A stretch of 64,000 bases of DNA, from the NCBI GenBank assembly GCA_013265495.1, contig MU058337.1, forward strand, positions 984,777 through 1,048,776, given 5' to 3'. Source of the stretch: Vicugna vicugna (taxonomy: Eukaryota). Shown here in pieces: positions 1 to 12,429 of the stretch (position 1 is its first letter; each line of letters opens with the position of its first letter). Under the pieces are notes generated by a model, which saw only the letters and a program-made list of their open reading frames with translations, was not told the origin of the DNA and made no database searches. A program made the translations under genes and the position numbers.

Positions 1-74
1 AAGAGAAATAGAAATGAATTAAGAAGTAAAAATTAAGAGAGTAATTGAAAATAGAACAGGTAAAAACAGATTAA

Positions 75-106
<32 letters not shown>

Positions 107-878
107 ACCAAAAAAACAAAAACAAAAACAAAAACAAAAAAAACAAAAACAAAGGGGTTTGTCGGTGTTCTCCTGGAGTGTGTGTGCTTTTAATGTGATG
201 TCCTTCTGTCTTCGTCCTGTTTTGGAAGCTCAGCTTGTTTTCATAGGCCCTCCGTTGGCGCCCTCTTCTGTGCTGCTCCCAGCACCTGTCGGCAAGCAGA
301 TCGCGCCTCCTCCTAACNNNNNNNNNNNNNNNNNNNNNNNNNNNNNNNNNNNNNNNNNNNNNNNNNNNNNNNNNNNNNNNNNNNNNNNNNNNNNNNNNNN
401 NNNNNNNNNNNNNNNNNNNNNNNNNNNNNNNNNNNNNNNNNNNNNNNNNNNNNNNNNNNNNNNNNNNNNNNNNNNNNNNNNNNNNNNNNNNNNNNNNNNN
501 NNNNNNNNNNNNNNNNNNNNNNNNNNNNNNNNNNNNNNNNNNNNNNNNNNNNNNNNNNNNNNNNNNNNNNNNNNNNNNNNNNNNNNNNNNNNNNNNNNNN
601 NNNNNNNNNNNNNNNNNNNNNNNNNNNNNNNNNNNNNNNNNNNNNNNNNNNNNNNNNNNNNNNNNNNNNNNNGCTGCTTTGCCTTTTGTTCTTTCTTTTT
701 TCCTTTTCTCCTACCAGATTTTTGGCGTCTTTATCTTTTGAAGAGGGCGATGATCTGTTGGAGTTCCGCAGGTGCTCTGGTTGGCTGAGTGGGTCTGTAG
801 ATGTGGGTCTTGGTGTATTTGTGGGAGAGGGTGACTTACAAGCGTCCTTCTACTCCGCCATCTTGCCCGGAAGTCCCC
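1..878 (-). mobile_element. 5' UTR/promoter end of a LINE-1, antisense to NALF1, running off the window start
   Basis: The reverse complement begins GGACTTCCGGGCAAGATGGCGGAGTAGAAGG, a typical L1 5' terminus with a YY1 site. The A-rich (CAAAA)n tract at about 70-153 is consistent with the distal part of an L1 5' UTR. Confidence 0.75.
318..672. other. Assembly gap (355 N)
   Basis: Run of N inside the L1 5' UTR. Confidence 1.
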
Positions 879-1779
879 ACCATGGTCTTTTAACTGATTT
901 CTTCTCAGAGTTCTGTGTCCCTCTATGATGCAGAGTCCAACTTTCTAAAATATTACAATCATCAGAACAGTTCCACAGTTAAAAGCTTGACTCCCTTTCC
1001 ACAACCCAGAGAACGGGGCGGAAAATGATTTGGGCCAGAAGTCATGCTTCCTGGAGACGTGGCTCTAACTGTTTTGATTTTCCGTGCTGTCCTGAACCAG
1101 TGCAGTAGCATCACTCATCACTCACCACGCACTAGGATGTAGGTGTTCCACACAAGAAAATGGCTCTGAAGGGAGGCTGAAAGGAAATGCGGAAGCTAAG
1201 TCTTTTCTCAGGAGAATCTGCCTGTCAGTCTTCTCTTTCATTAATTCTTGTTTCTTTTATAGCATCCTTTTTTTTCCCTCCTGGGCACTGTCATTTTGCA
1301 TCCCATAGGACAGGAAACATGTTCAGTGTCCCAACTCAATATTTGCAATTCTACTTTGTAACCAAATTGAATGTTTATTTTAATGCATTATCTTAATATA
1401 TTATCTTACTGACATAGCCTAATGATGTTAATCTTTCAGGTAGAAAACAAAAACTTTGTATGATGTGGAAGTAAATCCTTTTAAGGTGGGCAAGTAAATG
1501 TATCAGTGGCTTCTTTTTTCTTGTTTAGACTAAAAATATACAAAGGATAATACTGTTCAATCTAAATTTTATCTCTATGTGGTGCTGTACGATTGATTCC
1601 TTAGCCCAATGGTAGAAATTTTCAGTAAATTTGATAACCTGCAGTGATAAAAATCTGCATAAATAAAAAGACACTTTAAACCTACTGAAAATAAGAATAT
1701 TATGTGTATTTACAAAGTTATTTCCACTCATTAATTAATGTTTTATTTCCAGTCATCAGGTCCTGATGTTCTATTAATT

Positions 1780-2180
1780 AAAATCATGTTTGGCAACAAG
1801 TTACAAGGACCTAAACCACAGTGCCTTAAGCAAAATAGAAATTTCTTACTCTCTCAGTTACGTAAAGTAGACCCGGGCAATTAGGACTGGGAAGGCAGCT
1901 TCACGGCATCAGATACCCAGCTTTCCCCACGGAGCAGCTGCCCCACATGTGGTTTCCAAGACGCTCATGTTCCAAGATGGCCCTAGTAGTTCCGGCTGGT
2001 CTGTCCACCCCCAGAGCAGCCAGAGAGGCAGAAGGCCAAAAGTCATAGCCTGTTCCTGCAAGGACGTTGTGTTTTCTGCCTATTTATCATGGGGTTACAC
2101 TTAGACCCATGGCATATCTGGCTATGAGGAATGACAGGGAATGCGACCTCTCAGCTGGGAGAGAATGACCCAGTTAAAAT
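1780..2180 (-). mobile_element. Old MaLR LTR fragment (MLT1J/K/L-like)
   Basis: cagtgccttaagcaaaatagaaatttcttactctctca...tccaagatggcc resembles the reverse strand of old MLT1 LTRs. Confidence 0.5.
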
Positions 2181-3057
2181 TTGATGATGTCATACACATG
2201 TTATGCACATGTGTGTAACAATGGTTTATTTAACATTTTTAATGCCAATCTTATTATAGATTTTTTTTAATATTCTATGACTGAGGAAAGAAATGCAGCT
2301 GAAGCAATGAACTACTGAAAGAGATATTCCTGGAGTGTGTGTGTGTTTGACAAATTCATAAATATTTCACAGAAGGAAAAGCTTACAAATACAACTTAGC
2401 CGATAAATGATTTAGCAAAACCAAAGGGACACAATACACCAGTAGCTCACCCGAGAAGAGAGTGGCTCTGGCTTCAAGTGACCAGGCAAACAGTACTTGA
2501 ACTCTGTGCTGAGTTAATCATAATTAAATTAATTCTAAATTTATGTAAAACCAGGGTATGTTTCATATCTATGAGAAGAATAAGCTCTCAGAAAACGCAT
2601 GCTTTACACACCGATGCTATGAAATCCTAAACTACTGCTTTTAATCGTAGTGCTGAATTACAGCTTATTAACACTGCAGTCAGTTAAGGGAGCACCCCGA
2701 TACCTAACAACGCACCACGGGCTGAGTCAGCATCTGCCGAACGTGCTTTCTGCTCCTCGGTACCACAGATGGAAAATTTGTTCAAAGCCTGGGATATAAT
2801 TTGTTTAGAAGAATTAAAAGATGGCTGTAATTTTAAACGACTGCTAAGGCAGAAAGTTCCATTTTGTTATCCAACAAACCATTGAATGAAGGACCTCTCT
2901 AAAAAGTCGAAACCTTATCCAGTCAAGACGCGCTGTGGCTCCGTTATTCTCGGCATAGAGCATGAAGGCGGTTACTGGGAGCGGCCCTGGTGTATTTGCA
3001 AAGTCAGTTCTCCAAGACACACTGCCGTCTAAAGAACGTTATGGCTCAGAATAACTC

Positions 3058-3105
3058 TGTGTTGTGTTGTGTTGTGTTGTGTTGTGTTGTGTTGTGTTGT
3101 GTTGT
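3058..3105 (+). repeat. (GTTGT)9 pentanucleotide microsatellite
   Basis: Perfect tandem array. Confidence 0.97.
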
Positions 3106-4479
3106 AAGCACCCATTACTGCTTTCTGGCTTCTGGATGGAAGGACCGTTGGCAGAGATCGCTGCTACTTCATTTCTCCACGTTTATCTCAGGCGATGCTC
3201 AATGCTCTGCGCAACAGCAGCGCTCCATGTCTGATTACTGCCTGCCAGTTTGTTCCTTCAAGGGCTCTGTAGCTGAATTATCTGCAGAAATGCAGTATTT
3301 TTCTAACTGTATCTCATGTACTCATGTCTTCAACCTACTTTTTCTGCAGACACGGTATTCCTTCTCCTGATAGCAAGACAGCAGCTCAGATGTTCTGTTT
3401 CATGTCCAGCACACACTGTCTCTCTCATCCATCTGCCTCTCTGTTACAGACTCTAGCGGCCATTCTATCTGTTAAACTGTGGTTACTCAGTTATCAGGAA
3501 GAACGACTAGAGAGTGTCTGAGACTCTCCTGGGGTAGCTCTTGTAAAGGGTCTGCTGATTCATGGCACGGTTGCTGATCATGTTTGGCCATCATTTAAGA
3601 GGAAGTTAAACTTGAGAAGAATATTGATAAAAAGGCTGTATCATCGATCATGGTATGCAATCCAAAGCTTCTTGAGAAAATGTGACTTGAAGCCATGAAT
3701 TCATAACTTTGCATGATCGTAAAGGTGGTTTAATGCCGTACACGTTCCCAATGATGAAGTTACACATGCGCTTTCCCTGTTCTCATGGCTTCCTCGTACT
3801 GAGCGTGGTGTAGAGTGTGCGTTACTTTTGTAACTTATGCAGCAGAGTGGTTTCTGCCTCTGGATGGGTGGCGGTCTTTCTCTATCAGCTGTGAGAGGAT
3901 TTCCTTAGTGACCTCAGCTCCCTCTGTTCCAGCAGTGTGGCAATGTGTGCACGTTTCAAAACAACCCAGGGTTCAGTACGTTTGTTTCCTTGCCTGAAAG
4001 TTTTCTCAAGCACTTTTATTGGTTTTAATAGTCTATGAAACGGATGTAACTCTCGGAGGACTGAAAATATTCTTTGCTACTGATTTATAGCTTCCCAATG
4101 AGCCTTCAACATCATTACACAAAGTATATTATACAAAACAAGAGTTATTAAGCAAACTAGTGTCATTATAGTTGTAAAAAAAATGTACAGAATTGTATAG
4201 AGAATCGTCAATGTGACCGAACAGATATCCTAGAAACTACTGAGTGTTTTTCATGGAAATTGATGGGTCTGCTTATTTTTGTAAGAACACTTGTCATGTA
4301 CATATACACACACATATATGTGTGTATACATTTGCATGCATATATATGCCATATATGAACATGGCATTATGACAGTGAGAGACGTGTGTCGCTGCGTGTA
4401 CTACCACAGTTATTTTATTACAAAGGGCTTGTAAGTGGAGGGAAGCTGCGCTCTGAAAGCCAAGCACTGGACGAGGGGG

Positions 4480-4600
4480 AAGGAGCCCAGCGCAGACGTG
4501 AGCCTGGACGTCTCCTCACTGCTCTTATTTCAAGCTGGACAATTACGTCTGTCCCCCGTCTGCCCTTGTTAGTCCTCATTTCCTGAACAATGAAGTGGTC
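4480..4600 (+). mobile_element. Degenerate MIR fragment
   Basis: MIR core-like ...ttagtcctcatttcctgaacaatg. Confidence 0.4.
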
Positions 4601-5899
4601 TTGGCCGACAGTGAGAGAGAGATCCTGGGGTGGGTTGGCGGGGGAGGGACTGTGCCATTTAGCAGAGCCCTTGGCATAGTTTTTGCCCTGATAAAACTGG
4701 AAATACTGTGAGCCAGGAGCGTCCACCCAGTCAGGTAGCCTAAGTGATGTAGCTTTATACACAGTTTTTGTTCCTATCATCACGTAAGATTTCCACATGA
4801 AAACGTCTGATTTGTTGGGGGCAACAATTGATTTCTGTGCCAACATCAGGCAGCTGTTGGAAGCGAATGCTTCCTTCAGAAGAAATCGATCCCAGGGAAG
4901 GGACGGCTGTGCTGGTTTAAGGTATAGCACAAGCACGGCCTGAACGCAGTGCTGCAGCTCTCGTGCGTTCCTGTGACGGCTCGCGTTCTTTTCTACAAGC
5001 ATAGGTAGAAACTTGCTGAGTTTTATTTATTTCTTCCTCAGTGTGAGTCCCAAGCACGTAAGCAAACAAGAGAATGAAGTAAATAATAAATGTGGTTTGA
5101 TGTTAGATCACATTATTAGCGCATTGAAACAAACATATGTTACCTTTTGCTTTATGCTAAAATTCATTTATAAAATGCAAAAGCAGATCTGACAGAGTGA
5201 GTGCAAAACGAGTTAAGTGTGATGTAATGTTGAACTCCGGGGAGCATTAATCTAGGTTTCAGAAGTTAATGATCTAGCTGTCGACAGACGATCCCAGAAA
5301 TGCTTTTGAAAGGGCCATGTGACCCAGATAGATTTCATGCCTGGATACTTTGTTGAAATGGAGAGAAAAAAAAGAAAAATCCTTATGTCTATAAAACTGG
5401 GCCTTCAAATTTCCATTTTGAAACGGCAATAGTTGAACTATTTTTTCGTCTGATATACGTGTTAACATTTTGTTAAATCGTAAGGGATGTATTTACTCGA
5501 GTAACCTGAAGCCTCTGAGGTCAACGTAACCCAGTGGCTCCTGCCCCTATTCTCTGTATTCTTTGTCATTTTCTGGGCTGTGACCTCCGCACACGTTGGC
5601 CCAGGGACATTTTGTTGCCTTCACTTAATTCTAGATCCCCTCTTCTTATTCCTTTGTTTCTACTAGCTCTGGTTCTCAACACCAACTTTTAATATCTGAC
5701 CACACTCGTTTCATCATTGCTTTGTCCTCCTTTTTTCCCCAGTCTATGTTTCGGTTGTTTGTTTGTTTGTTTGTTTTGCTTTGCTTGTTTCCCAAACTTC
5801 CTTTCGCGGCTTCCTGGTCTCAACCTTTTTGCACAATGTGGATTGGAACCCAATTCTCTTGCTGTGATGATCTCTGGATCCTGACCTGTGAATAGGATT

Positions 5900-6530
5900 T
5901 TACAGAATTGCAGGCTTGATATTTGGAAAGGGACTAAATGTTTTCTATTCTGAGTCTTGAGGATCTGAATTCCTCTGCAAAATGATCATCTAGTTTCTGC
6001 CAAAATCCTTTAAAGATGGAGAGCTCAGAGCAGCAGTTTATTATAATTTTGTATCATGGATCCTGTTTCACCGAGAATATCCTTCAAATATGGAAACACA
6101 GCTTCGAGTTCTCTCTGTGTCGGTGCCGTCTAAAGACCCTTGATACCACAAGCTATTTATAAATGTAATTCCTTTTACAGACTGTTTGCCTTGCTGGTCC
6201 CCTTACTTATGGATGCTTTTCACTTCGTCAGTCTACAGGACGAGAAATGAACATAGTACTCTGTGTGTGTTATCAGCTAGTGCAGAATAAACCTCTACCA
6301 TCCTCCCATCCTGGTTACATCCAAGGACTTCGAGATCAGATGGCTTATCCGTGTCCATAGCATCCCAATGAGTGATGTCAAGCTTACGTCCACTGGCGAT
6401 GGCTAGACCACCCCTCAAGGAACTGCACAGTTAGGTTTTAGACTTGGGAGAGGACTTGTCCATTTATCCTAATTAAATTTCACCACTGTAGATCTGACCA
6501 ATTTTTCAAGCTAATTATGATCTTTTGAGT
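5900..6530 (-). mobile_element. L3/CR1 LINE fragment
   Basis: aggacttgtccatttatcctaattaaatttcaccactgtagatctgacc...gatcttttgagtc matches the recalled antisense L3 consensus best at 6430-6530. The upstream extent is uncertain. Confidence 0.5.
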
Positions 6531-7099
6531 CAAAAGCTATACACTTGCCCTTTAGCTAGAGGAATCAGACGTGGCAATGTAAAACGTTTTTAACTTGGAC
6601 TTTAAATGTCTGGCAGTACAATGGGAGTGGGATTCTGCATTGTAAAACCAAGAGAAACAAACAGGATCTTTTTTCTTGAAATACTGACTTAGTAACCTAA
6701 ACTTTTTTAGAAACCTTAAAATTAAAAAATAATGCTCACATTTAATTCGTCAGATGCTATTAAGCCATCATTTACTTTCTGTAGAGTTTACCTAAGATCA
6801 GAACCAAATTTTCCTTGCAGTCTTTTGCTGTTACCAAATGCTATTCCAGGTTCTTTCACAAAAGTACATTGTTATGGGAAGCAAGCCGTCTTACCCCAAA
6901 ACTACTCCAGTTCGATACAAACTAGGCGGGGCTCGTTTCTGTATGCACTGTGTACATGAGCTGTGACCCTTCACTGCTCATTGATTGCTGCAGAGATCTA
7001 TTTCCTTTAAAAGGAGCTCTGTAACTTGCTGACTACTTCCAGCAAAACATGAATTATTTCAAGTTCTCCCTCCTGCTTCAGTCCTGGTAGGACACAATT

Positions 7100-7270
7100 T
7101 TTCAGAGGCCGGAGGGAGGGCTCTGCCGCTCTTTGCAGGGTTGCCCTCCCCCTCCCCGACCCTCGCCATCTCTCCGCGCCGCAAAGCCGGCCTTTCTGCA
7201 CGTCACGTGACTCGGCCGCAAAGGCTGGCTCCGCGGCCCACGCCTGCGGGCCTCTTGCGGTGGGAAATAG
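7100..7270. promoter_or_regulatory. Small CpG-rich patch with a palindromic E-box GTCACGTGAC (7202-7211)
   Basis: High local CpG density in AT-rich flanks, a perfect USF/TFE-type palindrome, and a G4-type C-tract at 7144-7162. Confidence 0.4.
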
Positions 7271-7664
7271 GTCACTGGCCTCTTCACAGATGGGAGAGTT
7301 CCCTGCTGCAGTTTCTCAAGATCAAAAATAAAAGCCCATCCCAGCCATGCTCTGAGGCTCTTAACCCCAGTGGTTTCTACTGGAGCCCATGTGAGATTAA
7401 ATCTAAATCAAGGGGAAAAAAAAGTGGGAAGAATGACTTTAGTCTCCTGAGTGTTATTGAAAGCTGTTTTACACACTGAGGTTTTCTCTGAACCTTCAGC
7501 ATATGTTACATCACCGATTTTACATTTCCGACCATTAGTTAAATGATTCTCGGCTCCCTGAGAAGTGAGATCATGATGACCTTTCTTACTGCCGGACCCT
7601 GGGGTGCACGGGTGAACAGTCAACAGTTCCAAGGGGTGTGCATGGGGGTAGGTCCCTACACTCA

Positions 7665-8466
7665 TTTTACCTTTTAGTGATTCGGACGATGTGCAGCACG
7701 CAGCTTACAAAATAGAAGCACACAGCGCTCTTCCCTGTAAATTCTGTTTACCCAATTGATTCTGACCGAACCCTTCTGCTGATTTCTGCTGATTTTTGCT
7801 AACTGTTGCACGAACTGTAGTTGCAACAAACGAGTATAACCCCAACTGTTGGTTGATACTTTTAGTTACATTAATTAGTAAGGAGACAGGATACAGCAAA
7901 GGCATATATTAAAACATCACTCATGTGTCAATGCAGCGAGGTGAGAGCAATGTCTCTTCTGCACGGGACGATCATTTTTGAATACTGAAAGAATATTTCC
8001 TCAATATTTGTGCTGCTCACAATGTGCATATACACGGAGCTCTTTTCATTTGGTTTACTAATATTTTCTCTGTCACTTTCCTAAGTCTGGACGGCCAACA
8101 GAACCATAAATCAAGCTGTGACTTACATTGTTTACCTAGTTCTGTGATGTAAACTCTCCCATCGAGACGGAACTCGACCTACCAATGTGACATCACTGAA
8201 CCCATCACTGAATTCAGTGCCCCAAGATGCCGCATTTCCACCATCCAAATCCACTCCACGTAAACAACCTCAAGAACATGGATAATTGTAAAATAATGAA
8301 TAAGTCACGCATTTTGAATATTTATTACCTTTATTTCTGATATAATTTCATTGTAGATTTATATAATTTTTAATTATGTCTACTTAGACAGCCAGTTTGC
8401 AAAAATTTTTTACAATTTGACAATGGGCTTTCCCAGCCAGTACAAATTGGCTCCACCCACCACTGA
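7665..8466 (-). mobile_element. MER63C/D-like hAT-Blackjack DNA transposon
   Basis: Ends in ttggctccacccaccactg, the reverse of the CAGTGGTGTGCTGGAGCC terminus. Internal segments gaatatttcctcaatatttgtgctg, aacctcaagaacatggataat and tttattacctttatttc follow the recalled MER63 consensus in order. Confidence 0.8.
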
Positions 8467-8699
8467 ATACCCCTGTTGTCTGGTAAGCATTTTTTGGCAC
8501 CGAGCATTTGCCATCAAATAACGTTGGTTATTATTGCCTGTGCCAATATCTGATTTCTCACATTTCTCCACAGACTGACTGATGATACCTTCCTATATTA
8601 GGTGGCCAGTAAGTGCATTGATCAAGTAATATAAGATTCTATGTCTTTGTTTGAAGACAAGCAATAAAGAAAAGTGATTAAAGGGACAACTTCAAGGAC

Positions 8700-8885
8700 A
8701 GGAAACTAAGTCTTGGGTCTGTCACATACTAGGTGTGCAGAACTAAAGAAATGACCCAAGTTGCTTCAAATGATACAAAGATGCTAATGGTAATAACATT
8801 ACAGGATGTTGTGAGCATTAAACTAGACGCTGTATATAATATATGTGCTTGGCATATATTAAGGACCTGAAAAATGTTAATTATT
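8700..8885 (+). mobile_element. MIR SINE
   Basis: acaggatgttgtgagcattaaa...gtgcttggcatatattaagg...aaatgttaattatt matches the MIR 3' half. Confidence 0.65.
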
Positions 8886-10299
8886 GTAAACTTTGGGTTA
8901 GTCCTCCCAATTATGTATATGCAGCAATAGAGCTTCTGTATCTATAAAGTAGAATTGATCATTCTGGTCTTTCCCAAACCTTGTAAGGATGTCCGCCAAT
9001 GACTCGATTAGACTGGGAATACGACTCTGTAACTCAGAGTGAGGGGTCTACCCACAGATTTGAGTCTTACTTTGGGCAGCCCCCACTGCGGCTGCAGAGA
9101 AGTTGAACACTAACCCACCCTCTAACATGCAAGTTTCTCCAGCATTGGGAAATAGTGAAACATAAAAGGCTGGACAGAAAAATACATATGAAAGATCTTT
9201 CTCGGTGAGAATGAAGAAAGACAAAAATTTCTGGTCAATAAAAGAGCAGAAATGTAGGAAGGGATGAATGAATGAACTGTTTTCGGCGAGTACACCACCC
9301 TCCAGGGAGAGAGTGTCCAGTCTTTGAGAGCTGTTCCTCCTGCTTCATGATAGGAATTGCCGGTCTGTGAATGGAAGAGCCATTTCCCAGGCACCACTCA
9401 GAATCCTGGTCCCTGCAGGGCAGAAGGTTGCAAAGGCTGTCTGCGAAAATGTCATCATGAGCTTAGTAATCTTAGATTTTTTTTAAGAAATTAACTTTGA
9501 AAAAGGAAAGGTTAGGTAAATATGGACTTTCATAGGTCCAATGATATTTATTAACTACTGCTGTGGGTTTTCTTTGAGCTAATGTAATTAAACTGGGTAC
9601 TTTATAGTTATAAGCCAACCTGCTAATGAGGGTAAGCAGAATTACACTGTTCATTTGGTTGACTGATACAAGCCTGAAATATAACCTCCCCCCAATGCTA
9701 GATGCATTGGAGGTGGAAATCAGTAATGATCATAAAGAAGTTTTGTCAGTGAGACCAGAATCTGAAAGGAAAAGTCTCATTTGCAGGTTATGATACACCA
9801 CTTCCTTCGATGACTTACTTTAGGACAAGTCTTTCGTAAACGGTGGTTGTGGCTGCACGAATCATAATCCCTGCTCTGATCATCATTTTCAGGCTGTGGT
9901 GTTCACAGCCCTCGTGAAGCCTTTTCTACTGCTGTTCCGTCTCTGTCTTCCCCACTGCCACCCTCCTTCCACTCCAGCTCCTCGGTCTGTCCAACACCTG
10001 CTTAATCTTCAATACCTGACGTGTCTCATTTCTCCCGCGATGCCTTTTCCGTAAAGCATAAGACTGAAAGTGTGAGCTTTCCAGGAAGGACCTGAGTTCA
10101 GATTCTGACTCTGTTCCTCTCTCATCGTGTTCCCCACATCTCTTCGGTAAAATGATAGCAATGTCTCCCACAAAGGATTAAGTGATGTGATGAGAACCCA
10201 TGGAGTGGCCTGGGCCTTGCCTGCAGACACGTGGCCTTCCCTGTTGTTAATGAGTCGTATTCTCACCAAGCTCCTGTGTGCTTAGATGCACATTGCAGT

Positions 10300-10880
10300 T
10301 TAGATAAACACATTTGACCCTTGTTGATGGAGCATCTGTACAGGCAGATGCAGTTGGGGCGCTGGGAATACTCAGTGGTGAACAAGACAAAGTCCACTTT
10401 CAAGCTATATCCTAGTGGCAGAGATGCACAGTAAACAGGTGTTTCTGAATATATATAACATGAGTATATAATACGATGAATATATAATATACTGGAAGGT
10501 GGTATAAGGTAGCAAGGGTACAGAGATGTTGCAAGGCCAACTCCTCTGAAGAGGTGGCATTTTGAGTGACAAACAAAACTTGAGTGACCAACGAAGACCT
10601 TGGAGGAGAAGTGATGGCATGTAGGGAGTCACATGCACCAAAGTATTGGGTCAGGAAAGCACTGGGTCTGTTCAGAGAGATGCAAAGAGCATTATGTGGC
10701 TGGAGAGAAGTAATCAAGATAGTGACAGAAGGTTTGCTTTTAGAAATAGGCAGAAGCCATGCTCAGGACTCAGTGTTTCATAAGTCGGTGTATAAGCTGT
10801 AGACTTCGTGTTCTAGAGTGACCTGATCTGATTATATCACGGAAACCACCGTTGGGGATGCTGAGAAGAGACTCAGTTAA
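10300..10880 (-). mobile_element. L2 LINE 3' fragment
   Basis: gcgctgggaatactcagtggtgaacaagacaaagtcc and ctctgaagaggtggcattttgag are characteristic antisense L2 segments. Confidence 0.7.
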
Positions 10881-11529
10881 AAGGGGTAGGGTGAGGTGAC
10901 TTCGCCTCCTGCAGGGTGGGACTTAGGAACTTCCTGAAGGCGGCGGTGGCTTTCTGCTGGAGTGGGCAATATCCCGAGGGGACAGTGTGAGCGTCTGCAA
11001 AGCAGTCCCAGTTGTGCCCGCCACCTGGAGACGCACTAGCCATCAGTCACTTAGTGTCTCTTTTGATTTATGGGCAAATGGATTTAGAAACAACCTGCTG
11101 GGTGTATAACTTGTTGCTAAATAGATGTGCTTCAGTGCTCCAAAAACAAAGTTATCACTTGATAGATGGAAATAAATGATTGCAAAAGTGTATAAGAAAT
11201 ACCAAACAGGAGAAGGGATTGGTACAGAAGGAAAACAAGAGGCTCATTATTTCAAAGGTCTTGGCAGCTATGAATTGGTTTAGATCTTCTTTTAAAATTT
11301 ATACGTACTGACTTTGAAAAATCATTCCGTAACAGAAGCTGTTTCGAAGAAATCAAAACCTGCTCATTCTAAATAATCTTGCTTTTCTCTCAAAATCCAA
11401 CTAGGTAACTCCCAAACAGTTGTGGCTAGAAAAAAATCCCTCTTGTCATCAGAATACAAATAAATCAATATATCTTCCCAACATATTTGAACTTATGTCT
11501 GTTATCACACCCTATTTGACTTTTCCACG

Positions 11530-11714
11530 ATTAACTGTATATGAAGCAGATGAACAACAGGATCCTGCTGTGCAGCACAGGGAGCTCTATCCAGTATCTT
11601 ATAATGGCCGACAATGAAAAGGAATATATATGTATAGATGAATCACTATGCTGTACACCAGAAATTAACACATTATAAATCGACTATACTTCAATTTTAA
11701 AAATTAAAAAATAA
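11530..11714 (+). mobile_element. 5'-truncated L1 3' end (artiodactyl/camelid type)
   Basis: aacaacaggatcctgctgtgcagcacagggagctctatccagtatctt...tgctgtacaccagaaattaacacattataaatcgactatacttcaat followed by an A-rich tail. Confidence 0.85.
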
Positions 11715-12303
11715 AGAGACTGACGCAAGGAATCAAAAAAAGAAAATTCCAGTGCTCTCCGACCTACAGCTTGGCACATCAAAGTTTGTAACCTCTTACT
11801 CCCGACTGGGGCCTGAGGCCACTGCCCTGGGCTGTGGCTGCAGGTGCCGGTGCGTGTCTGTGATGAGGGCATTCAGTCATCGCTGGGAAAGGCTGCAGGT
11901 CTGCCCCAGCTGTCAGCAGAAGCAAAGTCTCCTCTGCCACTTTTACCAAATGTCTGTCGTTTAAAACTGAGACAGAATGGAGAGCCAGGTCTCGTGCTGT
12001 CTTCTACGTCTGAGACTTCTTGTCTGATCAGCCAGAAATAAGAATTTCTTGGATTTTCTGAGATTGCTGCTTTCTGAACTTACTCTGTCTTACGAGGCTG
12101 AAATGGAGGCGGTCCCTGGAGAACAAATTCAGCTGCACGTTGTGCCTAAGCTTATGAACGACGGTATTTTACATCTTCCTATCCTCTCCGAAAATCACAG
12201 CACAAGATGTTAGTGAAGATACAGATGGGTAATATTTCTGTCACATATGTCTACCAAGTCTAGCGTTACTGTCACCAAAACTGCCGTTAAGATCTCATAT
12301 GAG

Positions 12304-12429
12304 GGGGACGGGTACAGCTCAGTGGTAGAGCATGTGCTTAGCATGCACGAGGTCCTGGGTTCAACCCCCAGTACCTCCATTACAAAATAAATAAATAAAT
12401 AAACCTATTACCCCTCCCAAAATAAAAAC
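12304..12429 (+). mobile_element. Camelid tRNA-derived SINE (Vic-1 type)
   Basis: Pol III A box (AGCTCAGTGG), B box (GGTTCAACCC) and A-rich tail. 15-nt TSD AAGATCTCATATGAG (12289-12303) / AAAATCCCATATGAG (12430-12444). Confidence 0.9.

Noticed and set aside
159..788. 209-aa ORF
   Set aside because: Artefact of translating through the N gap in an L1 UTR.
4418..5002. 194-aa minus-strand ORF
   Set aside because: No recognisable domain, and it overlaps a MIR-like fragment. Consistent with a chance ORF.
12304..12380. tRNA-like sequences here and at 21662 and 57027
   Set aside because: A-rich tails and TSDs show they are SINEs, not tRNA genes.
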